DNA of 64,000 bases from Candidatus Eiseniibacteriota bacterium (GTDB lineage: Bacteria; Eisenbacteria; RBG-16-71-46; JABDJR01), in contig CAWANH010000028.1 in NCBI GenBank assembly GCA_963783375.1, positions 480,001-544,000 on the forward strand, read 5' to 3'. Below the pieces are notes generated by a model, which saw only the letters and a program-made list of their open reading frames with translations, did no database searches and had not been told where the DNA came from. Below, piece after piece: positions 15,256 through 23,981 of the stretch (positions within the stretch are counted from its first letter, which is position 1; every line of letters starts with the position of its first letter). Made by a program: the position numbers and the translations under genes.

Positions 15256-15759
15256 TTAGGCGGTCTCCTCCTGCTTCTCCTGGAGTTCGGTCAGGAACTT
15301 GTCCACGAGCTTCCGGTGCTCCTGGTCGTCCATCCGCTCCTGGAGCAGGCGCTCGGCCGCCCCCAGGGCCAGGGTCACCATCTCCTCGCGGAGCCGGGCC
15401 CGGGCCTTCTTGTACTCGAGTTCCAGATCGGCCTTGGCCTTCTCGGTGATCCGGTGAGCATCGTCGTGGGCCTTGGCCCGGATCTCGTCGGCCACCTTCT
15501 GGCCTTCCTTCACCGCGTCCTGGATCCGTCGCCGGGACTGGGACTCGATGGTCTTGAGCTGCTCCTCGTACTCCGCCTTCAGGCGCCCGGCCTCTTCGCG
15601 CATCCGGGCGGCCGAGGCCACCTCGCCGGCGATGCGGGCGCGCCGCTCCTCGAGGAGGCCCAGCACGGGCTTCCACGCGTAGCGCTTCAGCACCCAGAGC
15701 ACGATCATGAACCCGACGATCTGGGTCAGGAGTACGGGGATGTCAACCAGGTTCGCCAT
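15256..15759 (-). CDS. atpF: ATP synthase b subunit
   Basis: N-terminal TM helix, AWKPVLGLLEERR, coiled coil. Confidence 0.95.
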   Translation of the reverse strand: MANLVDIPVLLTQIVGFMIVLWVLKRYAWKPVLGLLEERRARIAGEVASAARMREEAGRLKAEYEEQLKTIESQSRRRIQDAVKEGQKVADEIRAKAHDDAHRITEKAKADLELEYKKARARLREEMVTLALGAAERLLQERMDDQEHRKLVDKFLTELQEKQEETA

Positions 15760-15837
15760 CTTGGGACCTCGGGCGGCCGGCCGGAGCCGGCGCGGTTCGA
15801 GATGCCCCGCAGCCCGCGAGGGGCCGGCGGAGCAGTC

Positions 15838-16059
15838 CTACATCTTGCCGCCGAACGCGAACAGCGAAACCAGGGCGTAGATCGTCAGGGCCTCGATGAA
15901 CGCGGCGCCGATGATCATGGCGGTCTGGATCTTCACGATGGCCTCGGGCTGGCGGCCCATGGCTTCCATGGCTCCGCCAACCGCGTGACCCAGGCCGATT
16001 CCCGAGCCCAGGGCCGCGATGCCGAGGGCCAGCGGCAGGGAGAGTGCGAGCAGATTCAT
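15838..16059 (-). CDS. atpE: ATP synthase c subunit (H+-type)
   Basis: GIGLG, RQPE loop, FIEALTIY; lacks the Q and ES/T Na+ ligands. Confidence 0.97.
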   Translation of the reverse strand: MNLLALSLPLALGIAALGSGIGLGHAVGGAMEAMGRQPEAIVKIQTAMIIGAAFIEALTIYALVSLFAFGGKM

Positions 16060-16093
16060 CGTTTTCTACCTCCGGTTTGAGTTCACGGTCGTC

Positions 16094-17248
16094 CTAGTGA
16101 CCACCGACTTGGTGTTTCATCTCGCCCGGATGCTCTCCTTCCTCGTGCTCCTCGTGAGGAAGAACCAGGGCGAAGTAGATCGTGGCGAGCAGGAAGAACA
16201 CCAGCGCCTGCACCAGGGTGGTGATGAGCGCCAGGAAGATGAAGGGAACGTGGAACGGGATCCCCACCGGGACGTGGAGCCCGGCCATGACGCTGATCCC
16301 GAGGCCGATGAACACCGCGAGCAGGGTCTCCTCGCCCATCATGTTCCCGAAGAGCCGGAGCGACAGGCTGACCGGCTTGGCCAGCTCGCCCACCACGTGA
16401 AGGGGGAGCATGAGGGGAGAGAGCGCCCACCCGATGGCGTCCTTGGGGTCGCCGGCCAAGTGCTTGAGATACCCGGTGATGCCGTTCATCTGGAGCCCCA
16501 CCCACTGGACGTACAGGAACACGCAGATGGCCATGGCCAGCGTGGTGTCCAGAACCGAGGTGGGGGTGAACATCAGGGGGATGAGCCCGAAGATGTTCTG
16601 GAAGTAGATGTAGAGGAAGAGCGTCCCCAGGAAGGGGATGAAGCGCCGGCCCTCGGGCCCCAGGATCCCGGCCACGAAGTTGTCCAGGCCCTCCAGACCC
16701 ATCTCGACCAGGTTCTGGAGCGGTCCGGGGATCATCTCCATCCGGCGGGCGCCGGCGATGCAGATCGTGCAGAGGATGATGATGACGAACAAGCTATAGA
16801 TGGCGGGGAGAAAGCGCATGAGGACGCGAGCCACCGGGTTCTTGGCCGCGTGCCAGTCGTGGACCTGATGGCCCTCGAAGGCCGCGGCCACGATCCCCAC
16901 CAGGGTCGGGGGATGGATCGTGCCCTCCTCCGCCTCCTCGGCTTCCTCGCCCGCGGTTCCATGCGCCCCGGGCTCCTCGACCCCCTCCGACCCCAGCACC
17001 TCCCCCTCGGTGAGGGGCCGGTCGCCGTGCGGCTCCGCAACCGCGCCCGGCTCGGTCTGGGTGGCGTGGGCGTCCGGGTTCGCGGAGCCCGGCTCGTCGT
17101 GCTGAGCCAGGAGCGGCGCGCCGAACATGAGCCCGATCCCCAACACCAGGGCGGTGACCAGGAACGCGGGGCGCGCGGCGATCCGGCGCCAGCGCTCGCC
17201 GAGCCCGGGCTTGGTGATGTTGTTTCGTTGCGTTTGCATGGACATCAT
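16094..17248 (-). CDS. atpB: ATP synthase a subunit with long N-terminal extension
   Basis: IPGPLQNLVE, AKPVSLSLRLFGN, VQALVFFLL; exact start uncertain. Confidence 0.94.
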   Translation of the reverse strand: MMSMQTQRNNITKPGLGERWRRIAARPAFLVTALVLGIGLMFGAPLLAQHDEPGSANPDAHATQTEPGAVAEPHGDRPLTEGEVLGSEGVEEPGAHGTAGEEAEEAEEGTIHPPTLVGIVAAAFEGHQVHDWHAAKNPVARVLMRFLPAIYSLFVIIILCTICIAGARRMEMIPGPLQNLVEMGLEGLDNFVAGILGPEGRRFIPFLGTLFLYIYFQNIFGLIPLMFTPTSVLDTTLAMAICVFLYVQWVGLQMNGITGYLKHLAGDPKDAIGWALSPLMLPLHVVGELAKPVSLSLRLFGNMMGEETLLAVFIGLGISVMAGLHVPVGIPFHVPFIFLALITTLVQALVFFLLATIYFALVLPHEEHEEGEHPGEMKHQVGGH

Positions 17249-17333
17249 CTTCTCGCCGCGACGAGGTTGGGATTCCCACCGGAGGGAACCGCGGACCGGG
17301 TCGGGATCGGAATCCGAACCGGCTGGATTTGCG

Positions 17334-17732
17334 TTACGGGGCGGTTCGGGGTTTCCCCCACCAGAGCCCTCCGAGGGCCCGCAGCAACACCACGAAGAGA
17401 GGCCAGCTGAACCCGGCCAGGAACGCCGGAAGCGGAAACCACCTCTTCCACAAGAGCAACAGGGCGAGGCCGTAGAGCCCCACCAGCTTCAGGAACACCA
17501 GCGCCGCCAGAGCCGTCTTGTTCCGCGAACCCTGACCGGTCAGGATCCGGAGAATCATCGCAAGAACCGTGAAGTCCGCCAGCCCCCAGAGGAGCGAGGC
17601 GGCGAATCCGCTCCCGGCTGCCCAGCCCCAATGCCACGCCACTCCCAGCCCCACAAGGACCCCGGTCACCAGGGCCGCCAGGGCGGATCGACGCAGGAAG
17701 TCGGGGCCGCTTGTGCTTTCTTTCACAAACAC
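17334..17732 (-). CDS. ATP synthase protein I (4-TM AtpI-like)
   Basis: Hydrophobic 4-TM protein directly upstream of atpB. Confidence 0.7.
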   Translation of the reverse strand: MFVKESTSGPDFLRRSALAALVTGVLVGLGVAWHWGWAAGSGFAASLLWGLADFTVLAMILRILTGQGSRNKTALAALVFLKLVGLYGLALLLLWKRWFPLPAFLAGFSWPLFVVLLRALGGLWWGKPRTAP

Positions 17733-17763
17733 CCTGAAAAAAACGGGTCGGCCTTTCTAAGTC

Positions 17764-17997
17764 CTAATCCCGATTCGCCTTACGGAGAATCAGGATCGTT
17801 TCACGGATCCCGGCGATCAGACCGACCGCCAAGAGGATCATCATGAACCAGGGATCTGTGCCGAATCGCCGGTCGATCCAGTGGCCCAGAAAGTAGCCGA
17901 CCAGAGGGGCCGCAGCCAGGATCATCGGTATGGTGGTCAACAATCCTATCTGACGGGCCTGTTTGTATTTATCTGACGAACTGCCGGTCATCGGCAC
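17764..17997 (-). CDS. AtpZ/AtpI-family protein
   Basis: GYFLGHWIDRRFGTDPWF motif; first gene of the atp operon. Confidence 0.85.
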   Translation of the reverse strand: MPMTGSSSDKYKQARQIGLLTTIPMILAAAPLVGYFLGHWIDRRFGTDPWFMMILLAVGLIAGIRETILILRKANRD

Positions 17998-18054
17998 GTT
18001 CCTGTCTGGGGACTCAAAGGAGACACAAAGGCCCCCTTTTTCGCCGAGACGCGG

Positions 18055-18083
18055 AGCCTACCCGAGCCCCTGGGTCGAGTCAA
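18055..18083 (-). promoter_or_regulatory. Putative sigma70 promoter of the atp operon
   Basis: Minus strand TTGACT-N17-TAGGCT about 60 nt upstream of the first gene. Confidence 0.55.
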
Positions 18084-18209
18084 GCGGTTTCCCAGCCGCG
18101 CGGTTCCGGGTATCGTTGGCCGATCGAGGACCGGCGAAACGCGGCTCCACGAGCCGGGTTCACGGTACCGGGTTCCATCCACGACGGCAGCAATTGAGGG
18201 GGTTACGCC

Positions 18210-19139
18210 GTGATCCGAGCGATTCGATTCCGAGACGGGCTGGCCGCCGCGCTGACGAGCGCGTTCCTCTGGGGGGGGCTCGCCGGCCCCGCCCGAGCGC
18301 AGGACACCGGGGAAAAGCCCGAGGTCGAGCTGGGCTGGTCCCAGTCGCTGGTGGGGGGGCTCTCCTTCACCCAGACCGAGTTCGAGAACTACGCCGAGGG
18401 CGGGGAGAGCTCGCTCACCTGGACCTCCCTCCTGACCTACAAGGCCGACGAGATCCGCGAGCGGCGCGAATGGAAGACCGAGGCCGAGGCCCAGTTCGGG
18501 CAGACCCGCCTGGGGAGCGGCGACCTCCGGAAGGCGGTGGACAGGATCAAGGCATCCTCGGTGAACACCTGGAAGCTGGGGGAGGTGGTGGATCCCTATG
18601 TCTCCGCCGACGCCCAGACCCAGTTCGCCCCGGGCTACGTGTATTCCGACAATGCCCCGCGGGTGCAGGTGAGCAAGTTCGCGAACCCTCTCTACGTGAA
18701 CGAGGCGGCGGGCGTGTCCCGCACCCTCGAGGAGGGGTTCGTCACGCGGCTGGGGGTGGCGGTCCACGAGGCCTTCGTCACCGATGCCGCCTTCGCGGCG
18801 ATCCACGACGACGCCGCGGGGGTGGACCTCCGCTACACCGACGATCCGGCCACCTCCAAGCTGGAGAAGTCCCGGGTGGACACCGGGCTGGAGTCGGTGA
18901 CCGAGTACGAGCGGGCCTTCAACGAGAAGACGCTCAACCTGAAATCCAAGCTCCGCCTTTTCTCCCGGTTCGACGATCTCTCGACGGTGGACGTCCTCTG
19001 GAACACCAAGGTCACCGCCAACCTCATCTCCTTCGTGAACGTGATCCTCGAGACCGAGGTCATCTACGACGCGGATATCTCCACGAAGACGCAGTTCAAG
19101 GAAGTGCTCTCCCTCGGGATGACCCACAGCTTCTTCTAG
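18210..19139 (+). CDS. Outer-membrane beta-barrel protein (DUF3078-like)
   Basis: Signal peptide; FTQTEFENYAEGGE, RKAVDRI, TQFAPGY, QFKEVLSLG, C-terminal F. Confidence 0.75.
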   Translation: MIRAIRFRDGLAAALTSAFLWGGLAGPARAQDTGEKPEVELGWSQSLVGGLSFTQTEFENYAEGGESSLTWTSLLTYKADEIRERREWKTEAEAQFGQTRLGSGDLRKAVDRIKASSVNTWKLGEVVDPYVSADAQTQFAPGYVYSDNAPRVQVSKFANPLYVNEAAGVSRTLEEGFVTRLGVAVHEAFVTDAAFAAIHDDAAGVDLRYTDDPATSKLEKSRVDTGLESVTEYERAFNEKTLNLKSKLRLFSRFDDLSTVDVLWNTKVTANLISFVNVILETEVIYDADISTKTQFKEVLSLGMTHSFF

Positions 19140-19236
19140 CATCCGGCCCGTCGGCGCGGCCAAGGGGGCGGCGTGCCCTCGGCCGCGCCGCCCCACCCCC
19201 ATCAAAATGCCAAATCGATAGAACATGCGTGCTTCG

Positions 19237-19264
19237 TAAAACAGGTACGCCGATACTTGTTTTA
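19237..19264. promoter_or_regulatory. AT-rich inverted repeat, candidate Rrf2 operator
   Basis: TAAAACAGGTA-N6-TACTTGTTTTA (10 of 11 positions symmetric), about 50 nt upstream of the Rrf2 gene. Confidence 0.6.
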
Positions 19265-19311
19265 TCGATGACGACGTCCGGCGGCAGATCCAGGGCAGGG
19301 AGGATGACGAC

Positions 19312-19749
19312 GTGGCCACGCTGATCCACATATCCGAGGCGACCGCGCTCGGGCTGCACGCCATGGGGCGCCTGGCCACCGGCCGGGGGGAGATGATGAG
19401 CGCCCGTTCCCTGGCCGAGGCCTGCGGCGCCTCCGACGCCCACATGATCAAGGTCTGCCAGCGGCTCAGCCGATCGGGGCTCCTCACCGCCCGGCGCGGC
19501 CTGGGGGGCGGCTTCCGGCTGGCCAAGAGCCCGTCCCGGATCCGTCTCCTCGACGTCTACGCCGCCATCGAAGGCACCGTCGAGTTCCGTCCCTGCATCC
19601 TCCGGAACCACGACTGCCGCTCCGCCTCCGGGCACGAGTGCGTGTTCGCGGAGGGCCTTCACCGGGTCGAACGGGAGTTTCTTCGGTATCTGAAGAGCAC
19701 CACCCTGGCCGACGTCGCCGAGCGATGCAGGGGGAGGGCCGTGGCATGA
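19312..19749 (+). CDS. Rrf2-family transcriptional regulator
   Basis: RRGLGGGFRLAK, IRLLDVYAAIEG, three C-terminal Cys (C-x6-C-x7-C, possible Fe-S ligands). Confidence 0.9.
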   Translation: MATLIHISEATALGLHAMGRLATGRGEMMSARSLAEACGASDAHMIKVCQRLSRSGLLTARRGLGGGFRLAKSPSRIRLLDVYAAIEGTVEFRPCILRNHDCRSASGHECVFAEGLHRVEREFLRYLKSTTLADVAERCRGRAVA

Positions 19750-21194
19750 GCCGCTTCCTTCTCTCACGGCGCCAGTGGTTCCCGGTGATCCTGACCCTGG
19801 CCATCGGCCTGGCCGCGGTGGCCTGGAGCGTGGGAACCACCCGCATTCCGGGATGGAAAGGCGGGCGCGCCCCGAGCGAGAACAATTACCGGCCCGCGCA
19901 CCGGAGCCGCCTCGATCACGCGGCCTACTTCACCGAGCCCTTCGCCACCCCCCAGGACGTGACCCGGGCCTGCCTCGCCTGCCACCCCGACGCCGCAGCC
20001 GAGGTCATGAAGACCGCGCACTGGGAGTGGCTGGGACCCGAGACGGCGGTGCCGGGGCACGACGGCCTCCACCGGATCGGAAAGAAGAACCTCCTCAACA
20101 ACTTCTGCATCAGCACCATCGGGAACCAGGTCTCCTGCACCAAGTGTCACGCGGGGTACGGGTGGCGCGACTCCACCTTCGACTTCACCCGCTCCGAGAA
20201 CGTGGACTGCCTGGTCTGCCACGAGCAAACCGGGGCCTACATCAAGGGAAAGGCGGGGCTCCCCACCCCGGATAGCGATCTCCTCGCCGCCGCCCGGTCG
20301 GTGGGAGTGCCCAAGCGAGACAACTGCGGGGTCTGCCACAACTACGGCGGAGGCGGGCAGGGGGTGAAGCACGGGGATCTCGACTCGAGCCTGGATAATC
20401 CGTCCCCCGAGGACGACGTTCACATGGGGCGGGCCGGCCTCCTCTGCATCGACTGCCACCGGACGGTCGGGCACCGGATCCCCGGTCGCGCGTTTTCGGT
20501 GAGCGTGGAGGGATCGAACGGCGTGGCCTGCACCGACTGCCACCCGGCGGCCCCCCACTCCGACGAGCGGTTGAACGCCCACGTGAAGTCGGTGGCCTGC
20601 CAGACCTGCCACATCCCCACCTACGCGCGGAAGCTCCCCACCAAGACCTTCTGGGACTGGAGCCGGGCCGGGGACACCACCCGGGTCGAGGACCCGCACC
20701 GCTACCTGAAGATCAAGGGCGAGTTCGTCTACGACCGGGACGTGACGCCGGAGTACCGGTGGTTCGACCGGAGCGTGGACCGCTACCTTCTCGGCGACCG
20801 GATCGACTCCACCCGGGTGACCGACCTGAACCTCCCCCGGGGCGGCATCGGCGAGGCGGAAGCCAAGGTCTGGCCGTTCAAGGTGCATCGCGCCCTGCAG
20901 CCCTTCGACCGGGTGAACTTGACCCTGCTCCCGCCCCTGACCGGCGGCGACGGCGGGTTCTGGACCACTTTCGACTGGCCGAGCGCGCTTCGCCTCGGCG
21001 CGGACGCCGCCGCCATGCCCTACAGCGGAAGCTACGGGTTCGCCCGCACCGCCATGTACTGGCCGCTGTCGCACACGGTGACCCCCAGGGAACGGGCGCT
21101 CACCTGCCACGACTGCCATGGGGAAGGGGGGCGGATGGACTGGGCGGCCCTGGGCTACGACGAGGATCCTATGTTCGGGGGAGGCCGGCGATGA
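19746..21194 (+). CDS. Octaheme c-type cytochrome, tetrathionate reductase (OTR) family
   Basis: 8 CxxCH (CLACH, CTKCH, CLVCH, CGVCH, CIDCH, CTDCH, CQTCH, CHDCH); HWEW, GKKNLLNNFC, CHAGYGW, VKHGDLD; N-terminal TM anchor; ATGA overlap with the Rrf2 gene. Confidence 0.9.
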   Translation: MSRFLLSRRQWFPVILTLAIGLAAVAWSVGTTRIPGWKGGRAPSENNYRPAHRSRLDHAAYFTEPFATPQDVTRACLACHPDAAAEVMKTAHWEWLGPETAVPGHDGLHRIGKKNLLNNFCISTIGNQVSCTKCHAGYGWRDSTFDFTRSENVDCLVCHEQTGAYIKGKAGLPTPDSDLLAAARSVGVPKRDNCGVCHNYGGGGQGVKHGDLDSSLDNPSPEDDVHMGRAGLLCIDCHRTVGHRIPGRAFSVSVEGSNGVACTDCHPAAPHSDERLNAHVKSVACQTCHIPTYARKLPTKTFWDWSRAGDTTRVEDPHRYLKIKGEFVYDRDVTPEYRWFDRSVDRYLLGDRIDSTRVTDLNLPRGGIGEAEAKVWPFKVHRALQPFDRVNLTLLPPLTGGDGGFWTTFDWPSALRLGADAAAMPYSGSYGFARTAMYWPLSHTVTPRERALTCHDCHGEGGRMDWAALGYDEDPMFGGGRR

Positions 21195-23452
21195 AACGGA
21201 ACGCCGTCGTCGTCGTTCGGAGAACCGCGATCGCCGCGCTCCTGCTGGGGATGAGCTTCATTCCGACCGCCGGGCCCCGCGCCGAAACGGCCCCCGGCAA
21301 CCGGCCGGCGGCGCCTCGGGGGCCGGTCCCCAACGCCATGCACCCCCTCTTCGCGCCCCTCGATTCCACCGGCGCGCCCGTCGCCCGATCCGGGCTCCCC
21401 GCATCCTCCTCCCGCACCTGCGGGGCCTGTCACGACGTCGAGGCCATCCGCGCCCACGACGATCACTGGACCGCCTCGGTGCGGGTGGATTGCGTCGCCT
21501 GCCACTTCGAGGGGGGCCGGCTCCCCGCCGATCCGGCGGCCTACGACGCGGGCGGGCGGCTCCGGAGGGAGGCCATGTTCCTCTCCGGACCCCGCGACGC
21601 CCAGTGCGGGGCCTGCCACGGCATCGCCCACGCGGGGCGAACGCCGCTGGAGATCCCCGCCGACTTCGGCCTCGCGCCGGATCCGCCGCGGACCTACGCC
21701 CTCACCCTGCACACCGGGGAGATCCTCTCCGGCCAGGACCTCTCCGAGTCCTTCCTCAACCTCCCCGGGAAGGAGGCCCGCGCGTATCCCTGGGACGTCC
21801 ACCTCCGCCGGCTGGTGACCTGTGTGGACTGCCACTATGCCGCCAACAATCCCCTGAAGAACGGCCGGCAGCGGGTCCGCCCCTCGTTCCTCGCCCAGGA
21901 CCCGCGGCGGATCGAGTTCGCCGAGTACCTGAAGCGGCCCGACCACCGCCTGGCCGCCGCCGAGTGCCGCTCGTGCCACGACCCGCTCGCCGCCCACGAT
22001 TTCCTTCCCTACAAGGAGCGCCATCTGGACGCCCTGGAGTGCGGCGCGTGCCACGTCCCCGGGTTGTTCGGGCCGGCGGCCCGGCTGGTGGACAGCACGG
22101 TGGTCACCCTTCAGGGCGCGCCCGCGCTCGTCCTCCGAGGCTTCGACGCGGACCCCGGCCGCACCCTCAACACCGCCTACGACGCCGGGTACGTTCCCCT
22201 GCTTCGCCCGGTGGCTGGAGCGGATGGGAGGACCCGCCTCGCCCCGGTGAACGCGGTGGCCACCTATGCCTGGACCGACGCGGCCACCGGAGCACCCGTC
22301 CCCTGGGACCGCGTGACCGCCGCCTTCCTCGTCGACGGACGCTACGCCCCCCCGATCCAGGCCGTCCTGGACGCCGACGGCGACGGCGCCGTCTCCGCGG
22401 CCGAGCTGCGGCTGGACACCCCGGCCAAGCTGGAGGCGGTCCGCGCCCGGCTCCGGGCGGTGGGGGTGGCGGACCCGAGGCCGGCCGCGGCGGTCGGCAC
22501 CTACCCGGTGCGGCACGGGGTCCAGGCCGGGGCGCAGGTCATGCGCGACTGCAACTCGTGCCACACCCGGGGGGGCCGGCTGGCCAGCGGGCTCGCGCTC
22601 GGCCCCTACGCCCCGGCAGGGCTCATCGTGGAAACCGAGGCCGTGCCTCCCGATTTTCCGGGCCGGGACGTGTTCGGCCATGCCCGCGGAGGGTGGGCGG
22701 ACCGGATGGGCTTCCTCCTCTTCCTCCTGGTGGTGGCCGGGGTGGGCGTCCACACCGGCGTCCGCTTCCTGACGCGTTCCACGCGGCCCCGGCCCGCCGA
22801 GGAACTGGAGCGGGTCTACCTCTACACCACCTACGAGCGCTTCTGGCACTGGCTCATGGCGGGGAGCGTGCTGGTCCTGGCCCTGACCGGCCTCCAGGTC
22901 CACTTCGCCGGGGTCCGGGGAGCGCTTCCCCTGCCCCAGGCGGTAGTGCTCCACAACGCCTTCGCCCTCATCCTCACCGCCAACGCGTTTCTCGCGCTCT
23001 TCTACCACGTGACCACCCGGGCCATCCAACGCTTCTTCCCGCCGCGCGAGGGAATCCGGGCCCGCGTCCTGGAGCAGGCCCGCTTCTACACCTCGGGGAT
23101 CTTCCTGGGGCGGCCGCATCCCTCGCCCAAGACCCCGGAACGCCGCCTGAACCCGCTTCAGCAGGTGACCTATCTCCTGCTCCTGAACGTCCTGTTCCCG
23201 CTCCAGGTGGTGACCGGGGCGTTCATCTGGGGAGTGTCCCGCCGCCCCGACCTGGCCGACCGCGTGGGAGGGCTGACCCTCATGGCCCCGCTCCACAGTC
23301 TGGGGGCGTGGCTCTTCCTGGCCTTCATGGTCCTCCACCTCTACCTCACCACCACCGGTCATACCGTGACCTCGAACCTCAAGGCGATGGTCGACGGCTA
23401 CGACGAGGTCGAGCCCGATCTTCTCTCCCACAAGGAGGGTTCGCGTGCCTGA
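21191..23452 (+). CDS. Multiheme cytochrome c (7 CxxCH) fused to a cytochrome b/b6 membrane domain
   Basis: Signal peptide, 7 CxxCH, then YERFWHW...LHN...LNPLQQVTY...LH...LHLYL (PhsC/YdhU-like b-type domain). Confidence 0.85.
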   Translation: MKRNAVVVVRRTAIAALLLGMSFIPTAGPRAETAPGNRPAAPRGPVPNAMHPLFAPLDSTGAPVARSGLPASSSRTCGACHDVEAIRAHDDHWTASVRVDCVACHFEGGRLPADPAAYDAGGRLRREAMFLSGPRDAQCGACHGIAHAGRTPLEIPADFGLAPDPPRTYALTLHTGEILSGQDLSESFLNLPGKEARAYPWDVHLRRLVTCVDCHYAANNPLKNGRQRVRPSFLAQDPRRIEFAEYLKRPDHRLAAAECRSCHDPLAAHDFLPYKERHLDALECGACHVPGLFGPAARLVDSTVVTLQGAPALVLRGFDADPGRTLNTAYDAGYVPLLRPVAGADGRTRLAPVNAVATYAWTDAATGAPVPWDRVTAAFLVDGRYAPPIQAVLDADGDGAVSAAELRLDTPAKLEAVRARLRAVGVADPRPAAAVGTYPVRHGVQAGAQVMRDCNSCHTRGGRLASGLALGPYAPAGLIVETEAVPPDFPGRDVFGHARGGWADRMGFLLFLLVVAGVGVHTGVRFLTRSTRPRPAEELERVYLYTTYERFWHWLMAGSVLVLALTGLQVHFAGVRGALPLPQAVVLHNAFALILTANAFLALFYHVTTRAIQRFFPPREGIRARVLEQARFYTSGIFLGRPHPSPKTPERRLNPLQQVTYLLLLNVLFPLQVVTGAFIWGVSRRPDLADRVGGLTLMAPLHSLGAWLFLAFMVLHLYLTTTGHTVTSNLKAMVDGYDEVEPDLLSHKEGSRA

Positions 23453-23972
23453 TCGCTCGAAGCCGCCCCGCGGCTACATCAACCCCTACCTCGGCGGCGC
23501 GCTCCTGGGCGTGGTGCTCTTCCTGACCTTCTACGTGACCGGGAACGGCCTCGGCGCCTCGGGCGCGATCACCCACGTCCAGGTCGCGCTCCTGAAGCTC
23601 GTCGCCCCGGCCCACGTGGACCGGACCGCCTACATGTCGGAGATCGGGGGCGGAACCCGCCGGGCGCTGGCCCACCCGGGGGTCTACATGCTGCTGGGCA
23701 TCGTGTTGGGGGGGATGCTCTCGGGGATCGTGAACCGGCGCTTCCGGATCGAAACCCGCCGGGGCCCGAGGATCTCGATCCCTACCCGACTCTTCTTCGC
23801 CTTCCTCGGCGGCCTCATCATGGCCTACGGCGCGCGGATGGCCCGGGGCTGCACCTCAGGCCAGGCCCTGAGCGGCGGCGCCGTGCTCTCGGTGGGAAGC
23901 TTTCTCTTCATGTTCGCGATCTTCGCCTCGGCTTACGCACTCGCCCGGTCGCTCCGGCGGCTCTGGAACTGA
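23445..23972 (+). CDS. YeeE/YedE (sulfur transport) family membrane protein
   Basis: NPYLGG, GLGASG, GARMARGCTSGQALSG. Confidence 0.85.
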   Translation: MPDRSKPPRGYINPYLGGALLGVVLFLTFYVTGNGLGASGAITHVQVALLKLVAPAHVDRTAYMSEIGGGTRRALAHPGVYMLLGIVLGGMLSGIVNRRFRIETRRGPRISIPTRLFFAFLGGLIMAYGARMARGCTSGQALSGGAVLSVGSFLFMFAIFASAYALARSLRRLWN

Positions 23973-23981
23973 GGAGGAACC

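Noticed and set aside
15838-16059. Na+-translocating or N-type ATPase
   Set aside because: The c subunit lacks the Gln and ES/T Na+ ligands, and gene order is the standard F-type with a delta subunit.
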